Shown: positions 1-13,000 of the stretch, in pieces
Layout of the letters: each line of letters starts with the position of its first letter
Numbering within the stretch: position 1 is the stretch's first letter
Source: Salarias fasciatus
Lineage: Eukaryota
Assembly: GCF_902148845.1 (NCBI RefSeq)
Contig: NC_043762.1
Span: 29,090,760 to 29,154,759, forward strand
Direction of reading: 5' to 3'
Length of the DNA stretch: 64,000 nt
Translations under genes and position numbers: made by a program
The notes under the pieces: model-generated
Database searches by the model: none
Seen by the model: the letters and a program-made list of their open reading frames with translations, nothing else
Told to the model about the DNA's origin: nothing

Positions 1-1059
1 CCAGCGCGTAGAGTAGCTTTAGTTGAAAAAAATACATTGATGCCAGATTAAAAAATAATAAATACTACATTTTAGGGTTAGGTTATTGGGGGGAGTTATT
101 ATGTCTTTCAATCTGTAGATAATCTCTAATTCAGAGGTTTCAAAAATATGGTTTGTGGTTCACAACTGGCCTGCAAGAGGCTACAATCCAGCAGGATGAC
201 CTTGGTTCTAATTACAAAAAAAAAAAAAAAAAAACTAGAAAGATTTTCAATGGCTGGCTCTCTCATCTAATCTCTCAGTGACTCTACTAGTGTAAATGAG
301 TGTGATGATCTGCTGACCTGTGCAGGGTTCAGCCTGCCTTCATTCATAATTACTGGGATCGACTCCAGTACCTGACCCCATGCTGGATACGGCAGTTATT
401 TTGTTTTTTTTTTAATTGATACTATATAAATAATTTCTCAAGTGGGAGTGAACACTAAAACCTGGAATTGAATAGCAGGTGACAGCAATTGCCAAAAAAA
501 ACACAGAAAGCAAACATTAAATTGATGCCTAAATATTCACAAACTCAAACATGATATATGATCGCATACATCCAAGAACTATATAATCATCAAAAATATA
601 ATGGGGACAAACTGAGCCTCTCAAGAGGGCAGATGGCTTTTATATAGCCACTTTGAAAATATCGAACATGAGCTCAATAAAAGCTAAAACCCTTCTTCAA
701 AGCCTTCATAAAACGGTGAACATAATGTTTCAGGTTAAATGTGTTTGCAACAAAGGATTTTACAATAAAGTGTTATCATATGCATAGTAGTTCAGATTTC
801 AATGGCCAAGCAAACCCTGATCAACCTGAATAACTGCAGTCGATCAAAAGACATGAAACAACATGATGCTGTAGTGACTTTATTGAATGATTTGAAAAAT
901 AAAAGATAAGTAGTTCCACTTCATTGTGTCACAATACATACATTCTCACAAGCAAAAACAAACTCGCATCATAGAAAGGAAACATAGCTAGAGCTTGTTG
1001 TATAGACTTGCTTTATACATTGGCAAGTACTTCATTCAAAATGTAAACATAAAGCAGAA

Positions 1060-4000
1060 TAAATCCCTGCAAATATCTTAGCAACATTTATTGCACAGTC
1101 GCCACTGTCAAAAGCAGTAAGAAAGAAAATATGACTGATATTCTTTGGTTAGTTCAGAATTTAGGTGCTTCTGCCCCTACTACATGTTCAGTGCAGCATT
1201 TCGGTGCTCTTCCCCTCACTACAGGACGAGCGCAGCAGTTAAGTCTTATCACCTCACATGCAAGGTCAGTGCAAGCATTATTTATAAATTTTGACTTTGG
1301 TGTGTAAAGTAGAGAGGATCACTCTTTCCAGGAGAGAATGTAGACCAGGCCGTATCCATCACCACAGACCAGCTCAGTGGGTTTTGCTGGATTTACTTCC
1401 AAAACCAGAACAGGTCCTTCACACACAAACATGCCCACCTAAAGGAAGAATTCACACACAGGTTAAAGTCATTTTTGATGTATTTACCTTTATGAAACTT
1501 GAGTAGAGAACATATTCATGTGATTTGATTTGCTGATCAAAGGTAACTGAATTCCTGTTCATTTACTTCACTTCCTTAATCTGCATTTACACACACGTTT
1601 CACTGCATGTTGCACCTCTGGACAATAACAGCTCTCTTGTTGCAGGACGGTGATGAAGTACCTGTTTCTTGGAGCTGCGGTCCCACAGCTTCACTGTGCG
1701 GTCGAGGGAAGCTGAGATGATGGTGGTGTCAGTCAGTCTCAGCTGAGTGATCCTGTCACTGTGAGCCTGACAATTAAAGAAACATCCCCATCAATAAACA
1801 TCATTTACTCTATAACCATTTCTTCTCTGTGAGGTTTTACTGAAAGATCTGGATTTATGGAAGTAATCTGAACAAAAATAAAACCCATTGGGCTGTCACA
1901 TGTCAGGATCTGTCAGTGCAAATCTCAACTGAGTGTTCTGCAAAATGCAACAAATTCCAGGTGAATTTTCACCCAACGTTTGGAGTTTGAGGCATTCTTG
2001 CAAAATATGCCAATTGTCTGTTCCATACAATTCCAAATTCAAATGAATGTTGTCACTAGTTTGCATATCTACTCACATGCCTAATATTCCAGCTACTCTC
2101 AGGACTTGTTGCAGCACAGTAGGATGAAATATTTTACGCAGTGCTTTTAGTTTAGGGCTTATTTGTCAAGGAAAAGCCCATCAACGTCTGTTTCATTTGT
2201 CATCACATGAAAATTTACCACAAAAGACGTCTCCTCTGTGCATTTCAGAATTTTTAGTTAAGTAATTTACATTTCAGCAGTTCATTTACATAATTCATTG
2301 AAGGAATTGCAACCCCCCCCCAAAAAAAACATTTTATATATAAGGCGAAAGAAGACGTTCTACTTTCATTTGTACAATGATTTCCTAATTTTTTCCTCAA
2401 AATGTTGGCATTGTAAAGTTAATTTAATTGATGTGAAGTGATTAAAGGGAAAGAAGCTTCAACAGAGCAGTACCTGCCTCTATCATCAGCACAACAATTA
2501 ATTGTGTATATGATTAGAAGTAGCACAGAAACTACCAGATGTTGTCCAATTACAAAAATTTAGATGCACTGAACACAATCTAAAAAAGACAAAATCATGA
2601 AAATTTTATCGTAGTTTTCTTTTTTTTGTGGCCAAGCAATAAATAACATTTGTTGAGCTTCAGGGTCTTACAGGTTTTTTGTTGCTCCATGACAAAAGCT
2701 CAGGAGGCAGATTAAACCACATCTTGCCGTCCATGTCGCCACACACCACAAATTCTGACAAAAAAAGAAGAAACACATTCGACATTATGTATTTAAGTGA
2801 TGCACAAAGGATTTGTTGATAAACACATAAAACATAAGTATCAAATGTAACTGTGTTTCTATTTCATCTCCACTGACCGCCGGAAGGCAGTGCTGAAAGC
2901 ATGGAATGACTAATATCAGTGTCGCCACGAGGAATCCCAGAGACCAACCTCACTGAGAAGCCTCTGCAGAGTCAAAGACCAGACCCAGTGGGTGGGGAGT
3001 GGTGGCGTTCATGCTGTACTACCTAGAAAACGGTGCCGCCGTCACCCAGGAGGCATTTTCACATATGTCATCCAGTGGTACTCCCCTCAGAGCAGCCCAA
3101 GATGTGGACTCCGCTCTGCTGGAGTGGCAGCATACTCCATGGTAGAGGGAGGTTCAGCACCTGGTAAGAATGGTGAATGGTATCCATGATCCAGTGGGAT
3201 AAGCACTGCTTGGAGAGAGCAGAGTCTTCGTCAGGGCCCCCATAACAGACCAAGGCTGATCTGAGGTACGAATTCCCCTTGACGTGTCAATACAGCGTCC
3301 TGGAGCTCTTACTGGGTACAGTCTCCCTGTCTCGATTAACACTCAATGGAGGGCCATATCGTGGGGGCTGTATAGACTGAATAGCCTGTAGCGCCTTCGG
3401 GAAAAGGACAACGTTCGAACACAGAGTGGCCCCTAACATCCGGATGGCACATCAGGCGTAACGGACTGACAGGCACGCTCACCTCACCCACGTCTCGCTC
3501 GGTAACAGCCAACAAAATGCAGTATTGCCTGCACCCGCTGCTGTTCCCGTGTTGACACAAGCCCTCCAGCACCGAGTTCAGCTCCCATGCTGGAGTCTGT
3601 GGGGCTCTCGGGGGCGAAGCCTCAGAGCCCCCTTGAGAAAGCAGACACCAGGTCGTGGCCCCCAGCTGTGCCATGAGGAGACCAGGCAAAGCACAGGATC
3701 CTCCCTGCCGACGCGGCACCACTTAACTTCCGTCGCACTCTGACATTCAGGATGGTCCTCCTGACAGGCTCCGCACAGCTGCTCAGCAGCGATTCTGGCC
3801 TTCCAGTTGCCACATGTATAAGTGGTCAGTGCGGATTGGAGTGCCAACCTGACCTCCGTGCTGGATCAACAGATCTCTTCTGTTGGGGGGGTGTTCCACG
3901 TTCTTGCTGTGAGAGACTGTGCTGCACAGGCACTTTTCCTGAGCTGGACGAAAGGGTCGTCACCAGCAACAGCATGTGACCCTCCTGAAGAATTCTCTGG

Positions 4001-7000
4001 GGTGTCCGTCCGAGCACGGGAAAGCGGCTAAGAGATCTAACAGAGGTCCTCTGGCCAAGGGTGCACCAGCGCGTCTTGGCGAAGTGGCCGGTAGAAAACC
4101 ACGAGAACAGTGGGCCGGTTCCTCTGAAGCGACCCCTGCCCTGCTGAAAGACCCCAAATTGTGTGCACCGCTAACCAGCCAACCCAGATACCAATAAGCC
4201 AGGAAGAGAACGTACAGACAGTGCCTCCACTGGCACTGAAAAGCTAACACCCACTGTGTGGTAAACAGTACCACTGGGGCTCAGTAAAGGGTCGTCCATG
4301 CTTCACATGTCCGCGTGTCCCCCGTCCACTTTGGAACATCCGCACACCACCGACGCCCATGTGCTCACTCCCATGCTAAATTTCTGAAATCATGACAGCA
4401 CGCGTTCCACGCATTTGCACTGATGCCTGCGCCCTCTCAGAGAAAAAAAGCTGCGCGCATGCACATAACCAAAATGGCGACCAAGAGAAAGCCGAGGGAG
4501 ACGCAGCTCCTGTGTCTGCTGTACTTAGCCAAAAACAGAGGAAAAAACAAGCGTCAGTACAGTGTGCCGTGGCGGTGCTGGAGAACACTCTGGCTGGCGC
4601 ATGCGCGACAGATAAAGCTACTCGGCGCAAGCGCGACTTCTGTGTGGACTCGGCGCACACAAGCAACGCGGTCACAAAGTCTGGCTGCAGCACGGACGTC
4701 CGCGAATCGATCAGCGTGGACCCTAGCAGACAGGAATTCATGACGATTTTTTTGTCACGGGGACAAATGCGCAATGCACACCCACGCAGACATGTGAAGC
4801 ATGGACGGGTCTTAAGCTGGGGAATTGGTACAACGCAGCCTTGCAAGCAATGGAAGTGAACACTAACCCTGCTGCTAACAACAACCAGGATCACGCCGAT
4901 ACGCCGAGCGAGGGGCGCACGAATGGCCCCTCCACCACAGCAGCCAAGCAAACTGCATTGCCAACAGCCGCAGTCAGCACGTCAAGAAGCGAGGGGAAGG
5001 TAGTGCACGGACGCAGTCTCCCGACAGGGGTGGAGCTGGCTTAATACCCGAGTGCTGAGCAGCCCGGCTAGCGTTCAGCTCCTGGGCTGACACTACAACC
5101 CCTTTCCCACTGCAACTAGCGGGTCGACCTGTGTTTTCGACCCGCTAACGATCGGCTTTTGACTCCTTTCCCACTCCCAGCAGACCCGGGTCTAACCACC
5201 TGCGAGCTGCGTTTTCCCGCACTGATGGTGTCCCATGTTGATGACATCATCAGCGCGACAGAGCAAAGCGAAAGTAAACAATGCAGCGGAACACCGTCCC
5301 CGTTACCTAAAGACGAATCTCCTCTTCCCCACGGATCAGAAGCTCTTTGGTCTCGCTATCGTGCCAATAATGGGTCATCTTGACGAAGGAAATCTCACAC
5401 TGTGTCCAGAAACAACAAGCGTGCTAACGTAGCCACGCCACGTCATCACGTAAATTACGGCGTCGACTCAGAGTCTGCCTTTCACACTCCTTTCGCCCCT
5501 CCCACTAAAAGCCGATAGAAGCCGACCCGTTAAAAACCCGGGTCGATTGCAGGGTTGAACGACCCGGGTCAAAATGTCGATTCCACCCTTTCACACTGCC
5601 ACGAGGAGCCGATTATTAGCGGGTTTAAACGGGTGTTTTGGCCAGTAGGAAAGGGGCTTCAGAGTCTTGCACAGTCAACCAAAGGACAAGGGCGGTGCGA
5701 TAAGCTGAGGGAAGGGGGCGTACGCCGCCTGCACAGCAAACGCAGATCACCGGGCTAGTATTCAGCTGAAGCTACGTCCAGGAGAGGGAGCGGACGCACC
5801 ACGGTCCCTCTTCATTCTGCCCTCTCAGAAAAAACCCCACCCGCCACCTGTGGTTGTCAAGGCTGACGTTGTTGGTATGCACACTCAAACTGCACATGCG
5901 CGAAGGGAATACTGAATGCTTTCAGCACTGCCTTCTGGCAGTCAGCAGGGATGAAATAGAACTTCCAAGATAATTTTTTTCAGTGTAAATGGAACTTTCC
6001 CTCAGTTTTTTTTTTCTGAGAACAAATAGACAAGCAATTAAATGAAACTAAATGATAAATACCTTTGTCCTTTGTTAGAGCAGTTATGAGGCTCTCCCCT
6101 TTCTTAGCTCCTTCTTCTCCTCTTCATCTTCTTCCTCATCTTCTTCTTCTTCATTCCCTTTCTCCTGACTCTGCTGCTCATCCTGATTCTCCTGCTGCTC
6201 CTCATTCTCCTCCTGGCCTTGCTGCTGCTCCTTCTTCTCCTGCTCCTCATTCTTCTTCTCTTCCTGCTGTTCCATCACGTTCTGCTTCTCCTCATCGTCC
6301 TCATGATGCTCCATCTCTTCTTCATCCTCCCAATCTTCATCCTCCTCATCCTCCCAGTCCTCCTCTTCCTCAGCTTCTTCCAGATCCCCCATATCTTCTC
6401 CCTCCTCCTGATCTCCAGAGTCCTCCTCTTCCTCCTCCTCTTCCTCCTCCTCCTGATCTCCAGAGCCCTCCTCTTCCTCCTCCTCTTCCTCCTCCTGATC
6501 TCCAGAGCCCTCCTCTTCCTCCTCCTCTTCCTCCTCCTGATCTCCAGAGTCCTCCTCCTCCTTCTCTTCCTGACCCTCGACCTTCTTTTCCTTCTTCTTA
6601 CTTTCTTGGAGTTGTGAGTGCTTCTCCTCCTCATCCTCCATTTCCTCATCTTTCTGATCTTCCTCTGCTTTCTTTGCCGTGTCCTTCTCCTCCTCCTCCT
6701 TGTCATCTGTCTTCTCTTCCTCCTCCTTCTCATTGTCTTCCTGCTCCTCCTCCTCATCCTCCTCCTTGTCCTCCTCCACATATCTATCAACCTCCTTCAT
6801 GGTGGTTGAGCTGAATCCTGAATTGAGACTTCCTTTGGAGCCCATGTTGAACTGTGAGAGAGGACAATTTTTTTTTTTTTAACTCAAAACAGCTTAGTAT
6901 TGATTCGATGATTCAGAAAACACGCCCATAAACAAAAGGAGCACAAAGCAGAATAATTAAACTTTGTGAAGCTTCAAAGACCCTTTTTTGCAAGTCTAAT

Positions 7001-10000
7001 TTGATTGAATTTGATGAGATAAAACCTTGACAACTTGGAAAATAGGAATCCAATCCTCAGTGAAGTGGAGATTATTCAACATTGTTGAGGTTGACCAATG
7101 ACTGAGAGAAGTCATCGTCACAGTAAAACTCACCAAGAAGCCGATGACAACAGTTCCGTCTTGTTCACCGAGCAGCCACACACTATTGTTGTCATTACGG
7201 ATTATAGCATGGAAACGAACAGTGACACGCCAGCTTGAAATGAGAAACACACAGAGGGGATTTAAGGTTTTCCTGAACAATGCAAACTCTTTAATGTATA
7301 AGAAACAAAACTAAGTAACTGCTTTGAATTTAACCAAATTGGATACCAATATGACAAACAGGATTTGTTCACAAGGTGTGCGACTGAAAATATCTGCCAA
7401 CAATCTTTCACCAAGTGGTTCACCCTGAATTGTCACTTCAAAAACTCAAGCTCTCCGAGAACTCACTTTGTGATCATATGTTCCCATGTGTTGCTCATGT
7501 CAAGTGAGACGTCGAATATCTTCCCATAGGAGGACACCCCCAGCAGGACTGAGCAGTAGAAGAGGTGCTGCACTTGTTCTGTCACTTTGTAGGAGGTCGC
7601 CTTCACCAGGCTGCAAGGAATAAACACAGAACAAGCAAACTGTTATCCAATTGAACACGAATGCAAGATATATTTTTTGCACTTTTCAGCAAGCAGCACC
7701 ATGTTGGTTCTGCATTGAAGTAAAGCTCAAAGTTGTGTATTATGTCTGCAATACACAAATGCCTGTAATGTGTATTCATGACTAATTATTTTCAGGACAA
7801 AAAGATTGATTTTGACTTCATGTGTGACAGGTTGATGCATCTCGATTGTGACTGAATGCCTGTACAGAAGTCCCAGAGTTCACTGTCATGAGTTGTATAC
7901 ATCAGCACAAAGTTCTACTTGGAGGCATTTTTTTTTTAAGCTTTTGAATTATTTTGAGGTGAAAATGGAGGCGATGAGGATTACACCTGGAATATCCTGT
8001 CAGAGGAGAAAGAACAGGAATGGAAGGGTCATTTTAGGATCGTGAGTTACACTTCTAGTGGGAGCTGCAGGGACAGAAGAGGACTATATGAGAGCAATGT
8101 TTGAATGTCACAAAGAAAGGTGAATAAAATGTAGAAGTGCCCCAATGTGACTTAATTTCAGATGTTACCAGAAACAAACAAGAAAAATTAGAGATGTAGC
8201 TTCAACAATCAGACGAAAATGGACAACATGGAAACTGCATTTGGTAAACATAGACGCAATTGTTTAGCCTTCTGTAACACAGTGACTGTACACTGAACTA
8301 TCTGGACTCACCTCACCGTCAAAACAAAAATCAAGGCTCTGATAAGTTTTTAGGTAAGAAAAGCTTTAGAGTAAGATTAGATTGACCACAAAGAAGAGAG
8401 ATATCAGAACTGTGATATTTACCTGGCCTTGTTGTGTTCTTCATTCCACATCATCTCCCAAACGTCAACCTGCAGCGATGTCTTGTTGCTAATAGCTAGC
8501 TGGTCTTTGGGCATGAAGCAGGCTGCTGTGATGGGGGAGTCGGACACCTGACACAAACATTCATCTGGTTCACTTCAACATGAAAACATATGTCTGCATC
8601 AATAACCGTTCTCGTGGAAACACTCACCTGTTTGTGGGTAATAATGGCGTGGTGACGCCACACCTCCACCAAACCGGACTCATAACCAGCAACAAACATT
8701 TCACCGTTTTCAGAGTAGCTCATAACTGCAACAGACTTCTTCTGGTCCTTAGGATAGTCTGTCCAGAAAGGGGATAATATGAGCTGAAGAGGAAACTGTG
8801 CTCATCTAGCTGTGCTGCAACTGAACAATCCGCATCTGTACATCTACACTTGCAAGATTAAAAAAACCAGAGGTTTTTGGTTTTATTCAGATTAAAAAAC
8901 ATGATGAAAGCTGAAGTTACTGTAGTTCTCTAACGCCTGCTTTTCATCATCTTGAACATAAGACCAGGGTGTGTCTATTTCTGTCTCTGTATCCTTTAAT
9001 TTCAAGTCTATTCACCCCCATTGTAATGTTCTTATTAGTCAGCATGAAAATAGTCATGAACTGAGTCCAAGTGCAGCAAGACCAGGTCGAGAAGGAGAGA
9101 GCAGAGAACAGCAACAACACTCTCCTGATCCCCCTTGTGGAAATCATTTCTCTGTATTTATCACATCCTTCAAATGGTTAAACATACCTACACATGCTAG
9201 GAGCTACTTTCAATTCCATTTCCCTACTCATCACCTACATAAGGTGGTGGTGAAAGCACTGAATGTTCCCACTGAGCATGCGCACTTTGGGTATGCGTAC
9301 CAACAGCATCACCTGTGACCCCTGGATGACGCTCGAAGGTGATAGGTGTGATAGAGGTGGTACAGGTCATGAGGGCCTGGCCATCCTCTCGCAGGGTGAA
9401 CGATGTTCTTCACCTCCTCACTTTTTTCCAAAGCGCCAAAATCTTGCACTATGTGGCTTTCCTGCGGCTCTTAGGCAAGCTGACGTCAGTGATGGCCGCA
9501 ATACAACAATAGGTGGAAGCTGTTTGTTGAGTGGTGCAAAGTGTGTAGGGAAGACCCTGTGCTGTGCCCGGTCCCTGCGGTCCTGGAATTTTTGCAGTCT
9601 CTCCTGAACAGGGGCCGATCATCTAACCTGAGGGTGTATGTGGCAGCAAAATCGGCACGACATGCAGGCGGCACAGTTGGGAGCCACACTCTGGTGTAGA
9701 AACTCCTCATGGGGTCTGCGAGGCATCACCTCCCCAAGAGCCCCATGAGCTCCAGCCTGGGACCTACATTCAGGACTGGAGGGCTTGTATCAGCTTCCTT
9801 TTCAGCCCTTGGCAACAGCGGCGCTACAGTGGGCGTCAAGCAGAGACTGCCTTTCTACTGGCCATTACCTCTGCTAAATGTGTGACGAGTTACACGCTCT
9901 GTCTGGTAATCCATGCCTGAGGTGGCGTCCGGACAGTGTGGGCGTCACTCCATGGCCAAATGCTGCCCCCTCACCCCCCCAAAACGTGCTGTCAGGTTTG

Positions 10001-13000
10001 CACTCCGAGTAGCTGATTTGACTCAGTCGAGATGACCCTCCAGTCCTGGAGGCAGGGCGGAGCTCTTGTGCCCAGTCAGAGCTCTGAGAAGCTACATGGA
10101 CGTGACCACAGAAGTGTCAGTCACAATCCTCGTGGTCATGCAAGAAGTTTCTTCAGGAGCCAAGCCTCTGGTGACACCGGGACTTAATAGCTTCCCACGG
10201 TCACAGGTGACGCTGCTGGTATCCATAAACCAACTGTGCATGCATGAAGGAAACATTGAGTGATTTCAGCACCGCCTCCTGGCGGTCATCCGAGGTTCAT
10301 AGAAGCGTAGCTGCATTTTTAGCTTTTGCTCTTTTGCTTTATTAATCACTTAGTTGACTTCAAAAATGCAGTTCATCCATTCATATCCTCCTCATTCGCT
10401 GTGCCTTATCTCTATTCAATCTACTTGTCAGCCACTAAAAATGATCCCAACCTGCACGGGAAGTGTCACATGAGCACAGTTTGGATGATCAGCTGATCTG
10501 TACCTCGACCCGATGCCCACATGCGAACTGAGCGATCTTCAGACACTGTGATGATTTCGTTGAATTCCTCCCTCAGAACAAAACCTTGAACGGCTCCACT
10601 GTGACCGTGGAGGGTGGCGATGTGCTCCACCTGGTCAGAAACACAGACAAAACACTGCAAATGTGAAACATGAAACATGAGTTTAACCAGTTGTCTTGAA
10701 GACAAATGGCGTTGTTGTTTTACCTCTCAGCAGCAACCATGGCGCATAGGGGTGTCAACGGCTACACGCGTAAATGTATACACGGAGAACAAATCATAAC
10801 CATTTAGAAAAATCAGTGACCGTGCACACGTCATTTCCCTCCTCCTCCTCGTTCTTTCTCCACCAATAAACATATTGGTGTAATGATTTTGCCTGAAAGC
10901 TTCAGATAATAACATTAACTAACTAAATGTTTCCTCGAGAGCAGTGATCCACATACACAATAAATACATGCGTTGTAATGTTACGTTGATTTAAAAAAAA
11001 AAAAAATCCACAGTCACACCAGAGTTGTGTTTCAGTTGACTCGGGGACGCGATGGCCTCCGACAAGGAGCGGAGCGCAGTGCGGCAGCTTTTCTAGCAAA
11101 CTGGAAATACTGCTGGGTGGAGGCTGTGTCAGGAAAAGCTGGTTTACAACAGCATGGGATTATGAAGTGCTGGATTTCAATGGAGACCGAGCCCTCTCGT
11201 AGTAAAAGATCATAAGTCACTGACGTCTCATGTAACCGGATGCACGAGTAGAAAAATTGTAAACATTTACACCCCTAAAGACACACAGAACAGGTGAGGA
11301 TAAACCTGAAAGTCAGCTATTAATGAGTGGGGCTGCTTTCATGTGATGTATTAATTAAGATATAATTTCATACCAACTGACCTGCAAAGGCTTCCAGACC
11401 TTCACCATCCCATCATTAGATGCAGTGAACACAGTCATCTCTCCAGGCTTGATTTCTTTTTCCTTGTCTTTGTTTCAAAATGAGAGAAAAAAAAAAAACA
11501 GAAGTTAAAACAAAAAACAAACATTGAGCATCTGCTCTGTCTTCCCCAGAAGTCCAGCACCTGTGTTTGCCTGGAGGCAGCAGTGGTTGATGCGTTGCTT
11601 GTGAGCGGCGATGTGGCTGACCTCTGCCTTTGTTTCCCACTCCCACACATGCAGCTCCCCGTCTGCAGACCCTGCAATCACATGTTCTCCCTGCTCACAG
11701 GGAGCTCAGTCAGTTCAGCCTCAACATGACAGATTCTCCTGGAGACACAGTGGAGCAGTTTACTCACCAGGCAGCAGACTGAAGTCAGGGGACTCTTCCA
11801 GGAGATTTCTCTGACGCACTGACCTGCCTCAAGGTCCCAGAAACAAAGTCTCCCATCATCTGAGGAGCTCACCTGAGACAGAAACCAGTCCATGAAGACA
11901 AAGCTCTCTGAGATAAATCAACAATGTTCAGTGCTTTCAACATATTTCAAATACGTTCCTCTTTGAGCCACTGAGGGACAGAAAACACATCAGGAGTGAA
12001 TATAGCTGCTGCCAGCATGGAAACCTTGGATAAGAGCCAATATGGGGCTGACACTGACAGGCAGGACTCCAGCTGTGCTGAAGACTCACCACACAGCCGT
12101 CAGTCCAGGCGCAGCCGGTGATCCAGTCCCGGTGAGCGTGATGCAGAGGTTTGGAAAGACGGCCAGGCACCGAGCTCACGTCCCACAGCATCAGAGCCTG
12201 AAACAAGCAGAGCATTTCAACATCATGTCTTATTACATGGGGACATTTCAGAGGGAGTATTAAAGGTTTCTCCCTATTTGTCATAACATTAAAGTTCTTC
12301 CATTCAATTCAAGAGAACATTAATCAGCATTTCTCTTGATGTTTTAAAAACCAAGTAAACAATCAATGGAATGTTTTTGTTACCTGATCTTTTCCACCAG
12401 AGAGGAGCTGTTTCCCATCAGGACTGAAGGCCAGGCAGGTGACTGATGAACTGTGGCCCTTCAGCAGCGCACATGGAAGGTCCGGTGGGTCATGAGCAAG
12501 AGTCTTTATCCGCCACAGAGCAACAGTATGGTCCTCTGATGGGAAAAGAAATACAACATGACTGACATCTGAAAAATGTTGACAGTTGACTTAATTATAT
12601 ATTTTTTTTTTTTTTACAAATTTTTAACAGTTATATTAGTCGAACAGAACAATAAAAGGAAAGAAAAAAAAAACACTAGAAACAATAAAAACAATTTCCG
12701 AGTAAAGATGCACACCATGAAGTCAAGAAAATCCCTGCAACATAATGTTGGAGACACCAGGCTCTACGTATCTCAGATAGGGTTCCAAACTACATGAAGT
12801 CGGTCTGTTTTTCCATGCAACATACATGTCAGGTACTCCAGTGGCAGTAACTGCCGCCCTACTTTTTGTCAGCCTTGAACAGATGGTTCTCTCTCATTGA
12901 TCCACTACAATAAAAGATTCTTCCTTGCTGCATAAGTAAGAATATAATCCAGCCTCTTATTGTGTTGAGATGTTCAGTGTCAGCTTGGGAGGCCCAATTA

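Noticed and set aside
3000-4300. Dense overlapping ORFs (60-130 aa) in the 3-4.3 kb region
   Set aside because: They lie inside the GC-rich interior of the TIR-bounded insertion. There are no conserved motifs and they are mutually overlapping. Not called as genes.
6065-6814. Pro/Leu-rich (+) and Arg-rich (-) ORFs overlapping the same low-complexity tract (6065..6814, 6219..6617, 6275..6790, 6618..6809)
   Set aside because: Pure CT/GA strand composition removes stop codons in all frames. These are compositional artefacts.
6084-6845. 253-aa Glu-rich ORF as a stand-alone acidic-protein gene
   Set aside because: Its ATG is internal. The reading frame is entered through a strong acceptor that is phase-matched to the upstream TEP1 exon, and its position matches the acidic segment of TEP1. 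It is treated as a TEP1 exon (see finding).
7453-7455. Apparent TEP1 stop codon '...MITK*' at 7453
   Set aside because: The TGA is part of the consensus donor ACAAA|GTGAGT. Conserved TEP1 C-terminal exons continue at 1662-1766 and 1319-1438.
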